This document shows positions 8,758 to 16,452 of a stretch of 32,000 nt of DNA, in pieces; within the stretch, counting starts at the first letter, position 1, and the number at the start of each line of letters is the position of its first letter. The stretch comes from Nitrospira sp. (GTDB lineage Bacteria; Nitrospirota; Nitrospiria; Nitrospirales; Nitrospiraceae): contig OZ252033.1 of NCBI GenBank assembly GCA_965247795.1, positions 786,486 through 818,485 of the forward strand. Direction: 5' to 3'. A model generated the notes under the pieces. The model saw only the letters and a list, made by a program, of their open reading frames with translations. It made no database searches and was not told the DNA's origin. A program made the position numbers and the translations under genes.

Positions 8758-9350
8758 TGGCCGGGCGGTTACGGCGCTACCTGAGCGTGTCGGGCGGCAC
8801 CCTGCTCATCGGCGCAGGGCTTGCGGTCGTGTCGATCGTTGTGATCTTCGGCGGCGAGGCCGCCCTGTCCACGACCACGTTCTGCGTGAGTTGCCATTCC
8901 CAGACCTACCCGTATGAGGAGCTGAAAAAATCCTCGCACTACGGTGCGCTCGGTTCCGATCCGGGCTGCAAGGACTGCCACATCCCCCAGGGCTTGAGAA
9001 ACTTCCATCAGGCGTTGTGGGCGCACTTCTACGACGGACCACAGGAACTGTTCGCGGAGATCATCCACGACTACTCGACGATCGAGAAATTCAACGAGCG
9101 TCGGCTGGGGATGGCCTACTACGCGCGCATGAACATGAAGAAGGAGGACAGCGTTACCTGCCGGGACTGCCACCAGAATACCAGGCCTCCCGGGAAGTCC
9201 GCTAAGGCCGCGCACAAGAAGATGGAAACGGAGGGCGCGACGTGTATCGATTGCCATCAGAACCTGGTGCATAAGAAAGTCCCCGAGATGGATCTCACTG
9301 CCAGTCTGGCGCAGGGCATCATGGTGATGAAGGAGGAAGACGAAGATTGA
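8754..9350 (+). CDS. cycB: Tetraheme membrane-anchored cytochrome cM552 (NapC/NirT family quinone reductase)
   Basis: N-terminal TM helix and four heme motifs (CVSCH, CKDCH, CRDCH, CIDCH). Strong similarity to my recollection of N. europaea CycB (GGEAALST..FC.SCHS..YP..ELK.S.HYGALG..PGCKDCHIPQG). The start is GTG 8754 or ATG 8757, overlapping the cycA stop, and the C-terminal tail is acidic. Confidence 0.95.
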   Translation: MMAGRLRRYLSVSGGTLLIGAGLAVVSIVVIFGGEAALSTTTFCVSCHSQTYPYEELKKSSHYGALGSDPGCKDCHIPQGLRNFHQALWAHFYDGPQELFAEIIHDYSTIEKFNERRLGMAYYARMNMKKEDSVTCRDCHQNTRPPGKSAKAAHKKMETEGATCIDCHQNLVHKKVPEMDLTASLAQGIMVMKEEDED

Positions 9351-9697
9351 GTCTCACCCGTGAGAAGATCTCCCCAGCAGTGCCGTGCTGGAGGCCTCGC
9401 GTGAGCGGTGCGTCCTTCAGGGGAGGCACACGACCACCGGAACCCCTACTCGAAACATATCGACAAGGGCCGCATCTCGGAGGCGGCAGAGATCGGCAGC
9501 AAGTCGCTCCCCGCGCTAGTACTGGGTAGCTAGGTTTTTCCCATCAACTTCGGAGCCGGCCTATCCGATCTCACATGACTGCACCGTGACGGGTTTGGTT
9601 GGTGGGGCGAGGGCCCTTCGTCGACCGTCCACGAATCGCACAGCCGCCTGAACCCGGTTCATCGGTCGTGTCCAGAATGTGAGGGGTCTGGACCGCA

Positions 9698-10420
9698 TCA
9701 CCCACCAGCCCCCTGTAGCCTCGCGGAGGTACTGGCTGTCGTCCCGGTGGCCGCCCGCCGTCCTAAGCGCTCCCGCCATCTGACCGAAAGGGCCGGACAG
9801 GCGGCAAGCGCACGCGCTGCCTCCACGTCGTGCGTGCGGTGGTGCATCACGTCGTTCGCGGCGGCCACAGTCCACTCGGGGTGCGGCCGCTTGGTCAACA
9901 GCAGTTTCGCTCCCGCCTGGACGTGGCCCTGTCGCAGTACTCGAAAATACCAGCCCGTGCGGCCGCTTTGCTGGACCCTGAGGGCCAAGTCCTTCATCCG
10001 CCACCGCCGTGCCAGCTTCCAGCATGGCTGTCGGGGCTGGGACAGTTGGACTAGCGCGTGGCTGATCTCGAACACATCGCCGATGCATACATCAGCCTCC
10101 AGCAGCCCCTCGGTGGTGAAGTTCTCACCGAATGCTCCGCAGGGCAGGGCTGCCAGGCCAAGATTTCGCTCCCAATACGGGTAGTGCTCGGCCGGGTAGA
10201 CGTTCACCGCCTTCTCAGGCCCCCCGTGGTTCTGCAGGTCGGCTTGGCTGTCCCCGGCGAGATTGACGCGCCCTAGTCGAACCGAGCCGGCAACCGGCTC
10301 TTTGAAGAAGCCGGTTGTCCAGATCTGATCCATCGGATCGGTTGTGTCAGCCCGCCCGACTGTCCGTGGGACCCCGATCTGCACCGAGAGGAGTTCGGCT
10401 TCGACTACGACCTCACCCAC
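9698..10420 (-). CDS. MOSC domain-containing protein (YiiM-like)
   Basis: YiiM/MOSC-type pattern: GD.QADL..HGG..KAV..YP.EHY..W, GENFT..GL.E..VCIGD, L.QLSQPRQPCWKLARRW, SGRTGWYFRVL..G.V. The start is set at GTG 10420, 6 nt after AGGAGG; the ORF-track start 10444 is less likely. Confidence 0.85.
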   Translation of the reverse strand: MGEVVVEAELLSVQIGVPRTVGRADTTDPMDQIWTTGFFKEPVAGSVRLGRVNLAGDSQADLQNHGGPEKAVNVYPAEHYPYWERNLGLAALPCGAFGENFTTEGLLEADVCIGDVFEISHALVQLSQPRQPCWKLARRWRMKDLALRVQQSGRTGWYFRVLRQGHVQAGAKLLLTKRPHPEWTVAAANDVMHHRTHDVEAARALAACPALSVRWRERLGRRAATGTTASTSARLQGAGG

Positions 10421-10514
10421 TGGTATCCTCCTCTGCCGCCGCACCTGAATAATCGGCCCGCGATCTTGTACTCAGGGTACACCTTCTTGCTGTTGAGTTG
10501 AAGGGGAAATCCGG

Positions 10515-11310
10515 TTGTGTACGCGTCCTCTCAATCTGAAACGATTCAACAGGAGAACGTTCTGGCACACGAGTCCCCCGAGCCAGGAGGTACCCAAGCG
10601 TCATGCGACGTGCACCGAGACCCACATCATCAGCATTCTGAAGGAGGTCGATGCGGGCCGGCCCGTCACCGAGCTCGAGCGGACGTACGGCATCAGTTCC
10701 GCGACCTCCGATACGTGAGCAGTCAAGGACGGGGTTCAGAGGCGTCGGATCGCACGCGGCTGAAGGCGAGGCGGTTCTCGTGTGCCAGCGCAAGCGCCTG
10801 TATGCCGACTCATCGCGGGAGAATACGGCGCGGGAGGATGCCCTCGTACAAAAGTGCGACGGCCTGCTGAACGGTGGGAAGTCGGTACGCACCTGGTCAC
10901 GAATATTGGGGGCCTTCGAAGGGGAGACGTCGTTGCCGGCCGAACGGGTGGTGCGAGTGCTGGTGCAGGTAGTGGCTTGGCGGGGCTAGCCGCAGGCGAT
11001 TCGGCTCGACAAGGATCCTACACGCATCGCGGCGCGTGTCATGACCTGGTGTCTGGAGTGGGTAATTGAGCTGCGGGAGTTCCAACTCGGAAAGCCGGAT
11101 CAGAACGCTTTCCTCGAGCGGTTCCCTCGAACCTCTTGCATAGGAGTCCTCCATGCCGAGGTGTTCGAGTCATTGGACCATTTCCGCACTGATCTCCCGC
11201 ATCTGGTTGCAGAGTGACAACGAAGACAGGCTCGATGACGCCGTGGCGGGCCTCTCGCCTGTTATGGATCGGGCTCAACTTGAAGCCGGAAGTTCTCCTA
11301 TAGTAGTGTC
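10515..11310 (+). mobile_element. IS3-family transposase remnant (orfA HTH plus the C-terminal end of the orfB integrase core); frameshifted and internally deleted
   Basis: The orfA-like piece HIISILKEVDAGRPVTELERTYGISSAT matches the IS3 pattern (E)QII.ILKE.EAG..V.ELCR..GIS.AT. A coiled-coil piece KRLYADSSRENTAREDAL lies in another frame. The orfB tail reads P.AIRLDKDP....V..WC....IEL.F.QLGKPDQNAFLERF......E.......F.SL.H. Multiple frame changes occur, and the ~0.8 kb length falls short of the ~1.2-1.3 kb of intact elements. Confidence 0.6.
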
Positions 11311-11403
11311 TCCATGACGGGGATGCGTACAATGCTCTCGCGTCCCCACGCCGCATACCATGCCTGGTCACCGGTTTCTCACGCAGGATTCAGGGTACAT
11401 GCC

Positions 11404-12318
11404 ATGAGGGAGACACTGCTCCGCCATTTCCCACAAAGGAATGCCGCGTATGCGCATAGAACACGGGATTATTTTATCGCGGCATTTACATTTTTTTGCG
11501 TCGCGGTCAGTTCGATGGGTGAAGTAAGCCCGAGCGTAGAAAAACAACAGGCCCTAGGGTTGATCGCGTGGGTATTCTTGGGTGGGTTATTGCTTGGTGA
11601 AAATAGAGAAACAAGAATGCAGGTGGCCATTGCCATTGTGTTTGCCACTATCGGCGAGCACTTTGCTTCTCTCTATATGGGTGGCTACACCTATCGGTTT
11701 GAGAACGTACCGACCTATGTGCCGCCCGGTCACGGGATGGTGTATTTAACCGCGATTGCGTTGGCTCGTTCCGGGCTGTTCGTCAGATATGCCAGAGGAA
11801 TCGCCGCCTCTGTGGTATTGATGTGGGGCGTATGGTCTATGTGGGGTATCAGTGGATATGCCGAACAGGGTGATGCACTCGGTGCGTTACTGTTTTGTGT
11901 GTTTTTGGTCTGTCTTTTTGCAGGTCGCTCGCCGATGGTGTATCTCGCCGCCTTCTTTATTACGACATGGCTGGAATTAATCGGCACAGCAGTTGGAGCC
12001 TGGAAATGGGCGGCCATAGACCCTGTGCTGGGATTGTCTCAGGGAAACCCGCCAAGTGGGGTGGCTGCCTGGTATTGCCTCGTTGATGCAGTCGCCATCG
12101 GCGGAGCTGCGCCATTAGTGCGTGGCATGAAACAGGCCGGTACGTGGTGTCAATCCTGGGGCTCTTCTTTCACACGAGCGGGTGGGTGTTCGATTTTGGT
12201 AGATGCCCGGGAGCATGCCCGTGAGGATGTTCAGGCGCCGATCCTCCTCACCGCGCAAGCCCTACACCCGTCGTGGAGGAACCCGGATCTTGTTGTTGAG
12301 TCCCTCGACACTACGTAA
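11404..12318 (+). CDS. Hypothetical polytopic membrane protein (orphan); its 3' end probably runs into IS-remnant sequence
   Basis: An ORF with 6 or more hydrophobic segments and visibly AT-richer codon usage than its neighbours. The start is taken at ATG 11404 because the 11314 start overlaps the IS3 remnant. The last ~120-160 nt are antisense to ISL3-like sequence, so the C-terminus may be chimeric. Confidence 0.4.
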   Translation: MRETLLRHFPQRNAAYAHRTRDYFIAAFTFFCVAVSSMGEVSPSVEKQQALGLIAWVFLGGLLLGENRETRMQVAIAIVFATIGEHFASLYMGGYTYRFENVPTYVPPGHGMVYLTAIALARSGLFVRYARGIAASVVLMWGVWSMWGISGYAEQGDALGALLFCVFLVCLFAGRSPMVYLAAFFITTWLELIGTAVGAWKWAAIDPVLGLSQGNPPSGVAAWYCLVDAVAIGGAAPLVRGMKQAGTWCQSWGSSFTRAGGCSILVDAREHAREDVQAPILLTAQALHPSWRNPDLVVESLDTT

Positions 12319-12860
12319 GGCTCGTTGTTCTCGGGATTGCAGTATAGGCGGCGACCCCAGTCGCGGTACTCAATCATCTTGGCACCCGCATCAGCAGGTC
12401 CACGTCTCCCCGGTTTCAGCGACGCTTTCGACGTCTTTCAGGAGTCACAGACTGGTCGTGCCCAGTTTGCTCTTTTGTCATTCCACAATCGGCCAACGAA
12501 CTCCTTGAGCGGGGAGACGGTGCAACTGGTGATGAAGGGTGGACACCCGACCGCCCCAGTCGCCGGACACTCGGCCTTCCTCTGACTCTGCTGCGGCGCT
12601 GAAACAGGGGGGGGGAAACAGCTGAACGTCGTATCTCAGTGCACAGGATGGCGCATATCCTATGAGGAGGAGCCAGCCTGGCTGCAGCGGGACCTGGTCC
12701 TCGTGACGGTTCCAGAATGATGTGCGGTACGCCACGAAGGCAGCCCCTTTGGGGGACAATCCGGACAACACACACCACACTCGTCGAGTTACGGTGCAGG
12801 AGAACGTCTAGAGGACGGTACGCGGTGGCGGAGCAGGTTTGGTGGCGGAGATACATTAAA
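12190..12860 (-). mobile_element. ISL3-family transposase C-terminal remnant (pseudogene; stops and frameshifts)
   Basis: My minus-strand translation of 12202-12318 reads SVEGLNNKIRVPPRRV*GLRGEEDRRLNILTGMLPG. This resembles the ISL3 C-terminal signature (VEG.NNKIKV.KRRAYG.RD.EY..LKIL...LP). Upstream, FSAAAESEEGRVSGDWGGRV...HRLPAQGVRWPIVE resembles the preceding helical region. A G9 run and frame breaks interrupt it. Confidence 0.5.
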
Positions 12861-12988
12861 CGGGGAGGAAAAATCTCGCTCAGGATCAGAGACTATACCG
12901 AACCAGGGGCACCGCCGTTCCGCTGCGTGAAATCAGGTATCTTCGGGGACACTGCGTGCCAGGTCATCTCGTTCGTAGAAACGCATCG

Positions 12989-13021
12989 ATCCGCCTTCCC
13001 GTCTCGCGACGGGGGGCGGAT
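12989..13021 (-). terminator. GC-rich stem-loop ~40 nt downstream of the amoB stop (candidate amoCAB terminator or 3' stabiliser)
   Basis: atccgcc..cccgtc tcgc gacggg.ggcggat gives 7 + 6 bp arms with a small internal loop and a 4-nt loop. Only a weak U-tract follows on the - strand. The adjacent 14-bp perfect palindrome cacgcgtacgcgtg lies at 13028-13041. Confidence 0.45.
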
Positions 13022-13060
13022 CGGTGTCACGCGTACGCGTGCGTAGCCAACACTTCTAGC

Positions 13061-14329
13061 TCAAACTCCCCCCTTCGTAAAGGTCGGGATCACGGCAGCG
13101 TAAATCGGGTTAATGAAGCGCTCACCAGACTCGTTCCAACTCATCAGCAACCCTCCCATGCGCTGATCAGGATCGTGAAGGATGTCCACGAGACGCTGCA
13201 CTTCCCACAGCACGTCCTTCGACTCGAGCTTGATCACTCTGGTTTCACCGGGCATGATCGCGTCCTCGTTGTCCAGCGTCAAGCCCTCTGCTGCCACGAG
13301 CTCCTCCGGGTAGTCTGGGTCGCTTTTGGTTTGACCGAACTTGTTGAGGAACCTGATCCCTGCCGTCGTGAACTCTCCGATAGTCGCGGGTTCCTCACCG
13401 TTGTTGGTGACGGTGAAATCAATGCGCAGCGCGCGACCCGGCACATCATACTCCGCGTGATTCACCTCAACCGTGAGAGGGTTCGGCGCGATCGGCAGCG
13501 GTACGATCTTGGCTTCGCCGGCCTGGAGAGGAACGGTAATCGGGTGATTGGCTTCCGCCCCGAAGTACCCAATCGCGACCAACGCAAGGACTACTACCAT
13601 CAGAATTGACCCCACTTTGCGGTCGATCGGGTCAAGCAACAATGCGTCCCCTTGTGCCGCCAGCACCCGGGCGCGAATGAGGAACATCGGTCTGACCGCG
13701 AAGAAACCTATCCAGAAGAGCGCGAGGGCAATATATATAGCGTGCCACCACAACCCGGTGCTCGTGCCCACGACCTCCGAATCGTACGTTTCTCCCGTCA
13801 GCGTTTCGATCGGGTTGGTAAAATCCCTGTCTCGGCCCGTGATATCCATCCAACCCCCCGGCCCGGCGACCGGCCCGGCCTCCTTGATGGACAACATCGG
13901 GTGGATGTGGTGATGCCCAGTTAACCGAGCCTTCAACGTGACTTCATACTCGTAGTCCCGACCGATGTCCAGCGGGCCTGAGAGGAACATCGGCTGCCCG
14001 TTCATGAACGAGCTGAGACGCACGAACACCGAACTCGGGGAGCCCACGTTTAGGAACGAACGGGTAGGTTTGACGACGGCCCTCGGCCAGTCTTCCGCCA
14101 AGTGAAACTTGCCCTTCAGCGTCGCGATCCCATTGATGGGGGTCGACCGACCGTTCTCCCCTAACCACTGTGTGTCATACCAATTCACAGTCCGCATCCG
14201 CAGGAACGGTTCCTGGGATCGCTCCCCGTGGGCTGCAGCGGGAATGGGCTCGACTGTCAAGGTGAGCGCCAGGGTCACCATCCCGCAGAACCCGATCATG
14301 CACAATTTGACTACGTTTTTGGCGTTCAT
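13061..14329 (-). CDS. amoB: Ammonia monooxygenase subunit B
   Basis: Signal peptide ending AAA|[19 protein letters not shown] (the N-terminal His of the Cu site) and the HHHIHP (HxH) motif. Two C-terminal-half TM helices separate the cupredoxin-like domains. The start overlaps the amoA stop (ATGA, 14326-14329). Confidence 0.97.
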   Translation of the reverse strand: MNAKNVVKLCMIGFCGMVTLALTLTVEPIPAAAHGERSQEPFLRMRTVNWYDTQWLGENGRSTPINGIATLKGKFHLAEDWPRAVVKPTRSFLNVGSPSSVFVRLSSFMNGQPMFLSGPLDIGRDYEYEVTLKARLTGHHHIHPMLSIKEAGPVAGPGGWMDITGRDRDFTNPIETLTGETYDSEVVGTSTGLWWHAIYIALALFWIGFFAVRPMFLIRARVLAAQGDALLLDPIDRKVGSILMVVVLALVAIGYFGAEANHPITVPLQAGEAKIVPLPIAPNPLTVEVNHAEYDVPGRALRIDFTVTNNGEEPATIGEFTTAGIRFLNKFGQTKSDPDYPEELVAAEGLTLDNEDAIMPGETRVIKLESKDVLWEVQRLVDILHDPDQRMGGLLMSWNESGERFINPIYAAVIPTFTKGGV

Positions 14330-15171
14330 ACTTTCCCCTCTACAGTTTGAACCTTCTCGCCACGTGCTATATCGCCGTACGCGAACACATCAGACACCTT
14401 CGACGTTCGGTTCCTGGCGTCTGTGAGGTAAAAGTGCGCGGTGCAGAAGAACTTCCCGAACTGCCACCACAGGATGTACATCAGCGAGGAGGCGAAGGCC
14501 GCGAAGAACGCGGAGATCATGGTGCTGTGCCCGCCGAATGTGCGAAGCGATCCCACCTCGATCATCCGTATATACTCAGGCGTCCCGGTCCGGACATATA
14601 GGAAGCCCATGTAGTCGGCCCACGAGAGCAGCGTCCCATCAACGACGACCGGAGTCTTGCTGTACGCGAAGAGGGCCCAGTTGGTCGGGTAAAACAGCGC
14701 TGCGAACAGCCATGCCCCGGCCACCGCCGTGATCACCCAGCTCCGGGTCAGCAACAGGATTATGTCGAGGCATATCGCGCTGGGGAGCAGGGTGGCGGGC
14801 ATGACGAAGTTGAACGGATAGTGGGCCCACCACCACCAGGCGAAAGTAACCGTGATCCACTTTCCGGTGAGGAGCGCCAGGATCGTCATCGTCGCGCCAA
14901 ACGGTTGTCGATAGTTCACCCAGAGGTAGTACTGGAGGGCGGCGCAAAAGGTGATTGCCGTGACGGGTGTCACCACCACCCACCACTGCCGGTCCTTCCA
15001 ATCGAGCCAGAAATCCCAGTCTCCCGCGAGCAGGTCGAAGTGCATGTGAAAAGTCCCGATTGTGGTGACAAATAAGATCGGGAGGAAATAGATATAGTCG
15101 ATATGTCGGGACATTCTGACGCCTTCCGGCGGCAGGTTGGCAGCTTTCACAATCGCGTCGGTTCTAAACAT
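14326..15171 (-). CDS. amoA: Ammonia monooxygenase subunit A
   Basis: Colinear with my recollection of bacterial AmoA ([60 protein letters not shown]). GGGAGGAG Shine-Dalgarno upstream. Confidence 0.98.
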   Translation of the reverse strand: MFRTDAIVKAANLPPEGVRMSRHIDYIYFLPILFVTTIGTFHMHFDLLAGDWDFWLDWKDRQWWVVVTPVTAITFCAALQYYLWVNYRQPFGATMTILALLTGKWITVTFAWWWWAHYPFNFVMPATLLPSAICLDIILLLTRSWVITAVAGAWLFAALFYPTNWALFAYSKTPVVVDGTLLSWADYMGFLYVRTGTPEYIRMIEVGSLRTFGGHSTMISAFFAAFASSLMYILWWQFGKFFCTAHFYLTDARNRTSKVSDVFAYGDIARGEKVQTVEGKV

Positions 15172-15208
15172 CTGTCTCCTCCCTTATTCCAGCCGGCTGG
15201 TTGGCCGA

Positions 15209-15237
15209 CCCCGCTCTCCGGCATTCGGAGAACGGGG
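15209..15237 (-). other. 12-bp stem-loop in the amoC-amoA intergenic region (transcript-level structure)
   Basis: On the - strand RNA it reads CCCCGUUCUCCG-AAUGC-CGGAGAGCGGGG (one G-U pair), starting 27 nt after the amoC stop. No U-tract follows. The palindrome ccagccggctgg and the amoA Shine-Dalgarno come next. Confidence 0.5.
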
Positions 15238-15263
15238 CTGACCATCCGATAGGCAACTACGTG

Positions 15264-16055
15264 TTAGAACGGTTTCAGAATGGCCTTGTTCGCGCCGTTC
15301 CAAATCACATCCGACAGGTTGGACATGCGGGAAACGATCTGCGCCGCAACCCCTCCGGCTGCGCCGAACAGGCCGCACCAGCCGAGCGTTACGAACCCCC
15401 AGTGTAACGGCGCGGCAAAGAGTTCATCCACGAACCAGAATGCATGACCCCACTCGTTGAGCCCCACATTGGGCAGAATAAACATCGGTCCCACGACCGC
15501 TGCCACCAAGGGAAACGAGGTTGCTTTGCCGTACAGCGGCAACCGGGTCTGTGCATACAGGTAACTCGAGACCCCGCAGGTGATGTACAACGGGAAGGTG
15601 CCGTAGAAGGCAACGATATGGCTGGCGGTGAAGCTCGTATCGCGGATGATCACCTGGTGCCACGACGCGTCCTGCTCCAGGGTATAGCTCCCGGCGTAGT
15701 ACACTCCCCAGATATAACACGCGAGCCACATCATCCAATAAAAATACCGCTTGAGCTCCAACTTTGGATCCAGGTTGGCGAGGTTACGATCCCGCGTCGT
15801 CCAGAGCCATCCTACGGCAATGGCAAAGAATGTGGCGTTAGCGAGGATGTTAAACCGCCACAGACCCATCCACACCGATTCGAATTCCGGTGTCATCGAG
15901 TCCAATCCGTACTCGTAGCCATACATGCGCTGATACCCGACCCAGAACACGCCAATTGCCAACATCGAGAACCAGCCCATCTTGAACTTTCTCGAATCGT
16001 ACCATAGCGACATGTCATACCCGGTGTCGCTGGATGTTTGAGGTGACGCAGCCAT
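15264..16055 (-). CDS. amoC: Ammonia monooxygenase subunit C
   Basis: Colinear with my recollection of N. europaea AmoC ([69 protein letters not shown]). GAAGGAGG Shine-Dalgarno upstream. Confidence 0.97.
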   Translation of the reverse strand: MAASPQTSSDTGYDMSLWYDSRKFKMGWFSMLAIGVFWVGYQRMYGYEYGLDSMTPEFESVWMGLWRFNILANATFFAIAVGWLWTTRDRNLANLDPKLELKRYFYWMMWLACYIWGVYYAGSYTLEQDASWHQVIIRDTSFTASHIVAFYGTFPLYITCGVSSYLYAQTRLPLYGKATSFPLVAAVVGPMFILPNVGLNEWGHAFWFVDELFAAPLHWGFVTLGWCGLFGAAGGVAAQIVSRMSNLSDVIWNGANKAILKPF

Positions 16056-16091
16056 GTTACCTCCTTCTATGGAAGAATTTGTGATCCACCA

Positions 16092-16100
16092 TTTATATCA
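16092..16100 (-). promoter_or_regulatory. Alternative extended -10 promoter candidate upstream of amoC (short-leader option)
   Basis: The - strand reads TGaTATAAA (an extended -10 TGnTATAAT-like element) ~37 nt upstream of the amoC ATG. The -35 (TGGGTA) is poor. Confidence 0.25.
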
Positions 16101-16299
16101 TATCCCGTTCCAGTTACCCACGTTCCCGTGGAAAAGTCCCGCTAAAAGTGCCCGCTGTTTGCATTCGTATTATTCGTAGAAAGTATCCGATAAAGGGTCG
16201 CTGTGAGTCAAGCAAAATATCATGTTCGAGCCCCCATCAAAGATCAATCCTGGTAATGGGTGGCATATGGATAGGCGTATCGCCCTCTGTGCCCACGCA

Positions 16300-16328
16300 C
16301 ATATACTTCAGCGTGCGTGAGATGTCAA
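16300..16328 (-). promoter_or_regulatory. Candidate sigma70 promoter upstream of amoC (long-leader option)
   Basis: On the - strand: TTGACA (16328-16323), a 17-nt spacer and TATATG (16305-16300), ~245 nt upstream of the amoC ATG. The -10 hexamer lacks the terminal T, so this is tentative. Confidence 0.3.
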
Positions 16329-16420
16329 GGGGGACGGCCATCGATTGCTTCCTTCATCTTGTCTCCTCAATAACGCCAGTTGAACCGGGCGTTTCCAACC
16401 ACGCCGCGCCGGACCCCTAC

Positions 16421-16452
16421 GCTCCCACATGACGCTGCTCCCACATGACGCT
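16421..16452. repeat. Perfect 16-bp tandem direct repeat (gctcccacatgacgct x2) ending within the copD stop codon
   Basis: Read directly from the sequence: 16421-16436 equals 16437-16452. The last repeat base is the first base of the tca (TGA) stop of copD. Confidence 0.95.

Noticed and set aside
9352-9365. Inverted repeat tctcac/gtgaga right after the cycB stop, considered as a terminator
   Set aside because: The stem is 5-6 bp with an essentially 2-nt loop and no U-tract, so it is not a credible intrinsic terminator.
9347-10088. ORFs 9347-9529 (+) and 9561-10088 (-)
   Set aside because: The first is a short Arg/Gly/Pro-rich ORF in the non-coding spacer. The second overlaps the MOSC gene in another frame. 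Neither has motifs or a ribosome-binding site.
12601-12621. G9 homopolymer (12607-12615) flanked by the direct repeat gaaacag, considered as a phase-variation switch
   Set aside because: It lies inside an already dead ISL3 remnant with no intact gene to switch. It is more likely a slippage scar or a contributor to the frameshifts.
12956-13609. 217-aa + strand ORF, and other + strand ORFs across amoB, amoA and amoC (e.g. 15444-16007)
   Set aside because: They are antisense to amoB, amoA and amoC, whose identities are unambiguous.
16148-16432. 94-aa + strand ORF in the copD-amoC intergenic region
   Set aside because: It has no ribosome-binding site, sits in a probable promoter/leader region of the opposite strand, and shows no recognisable features.
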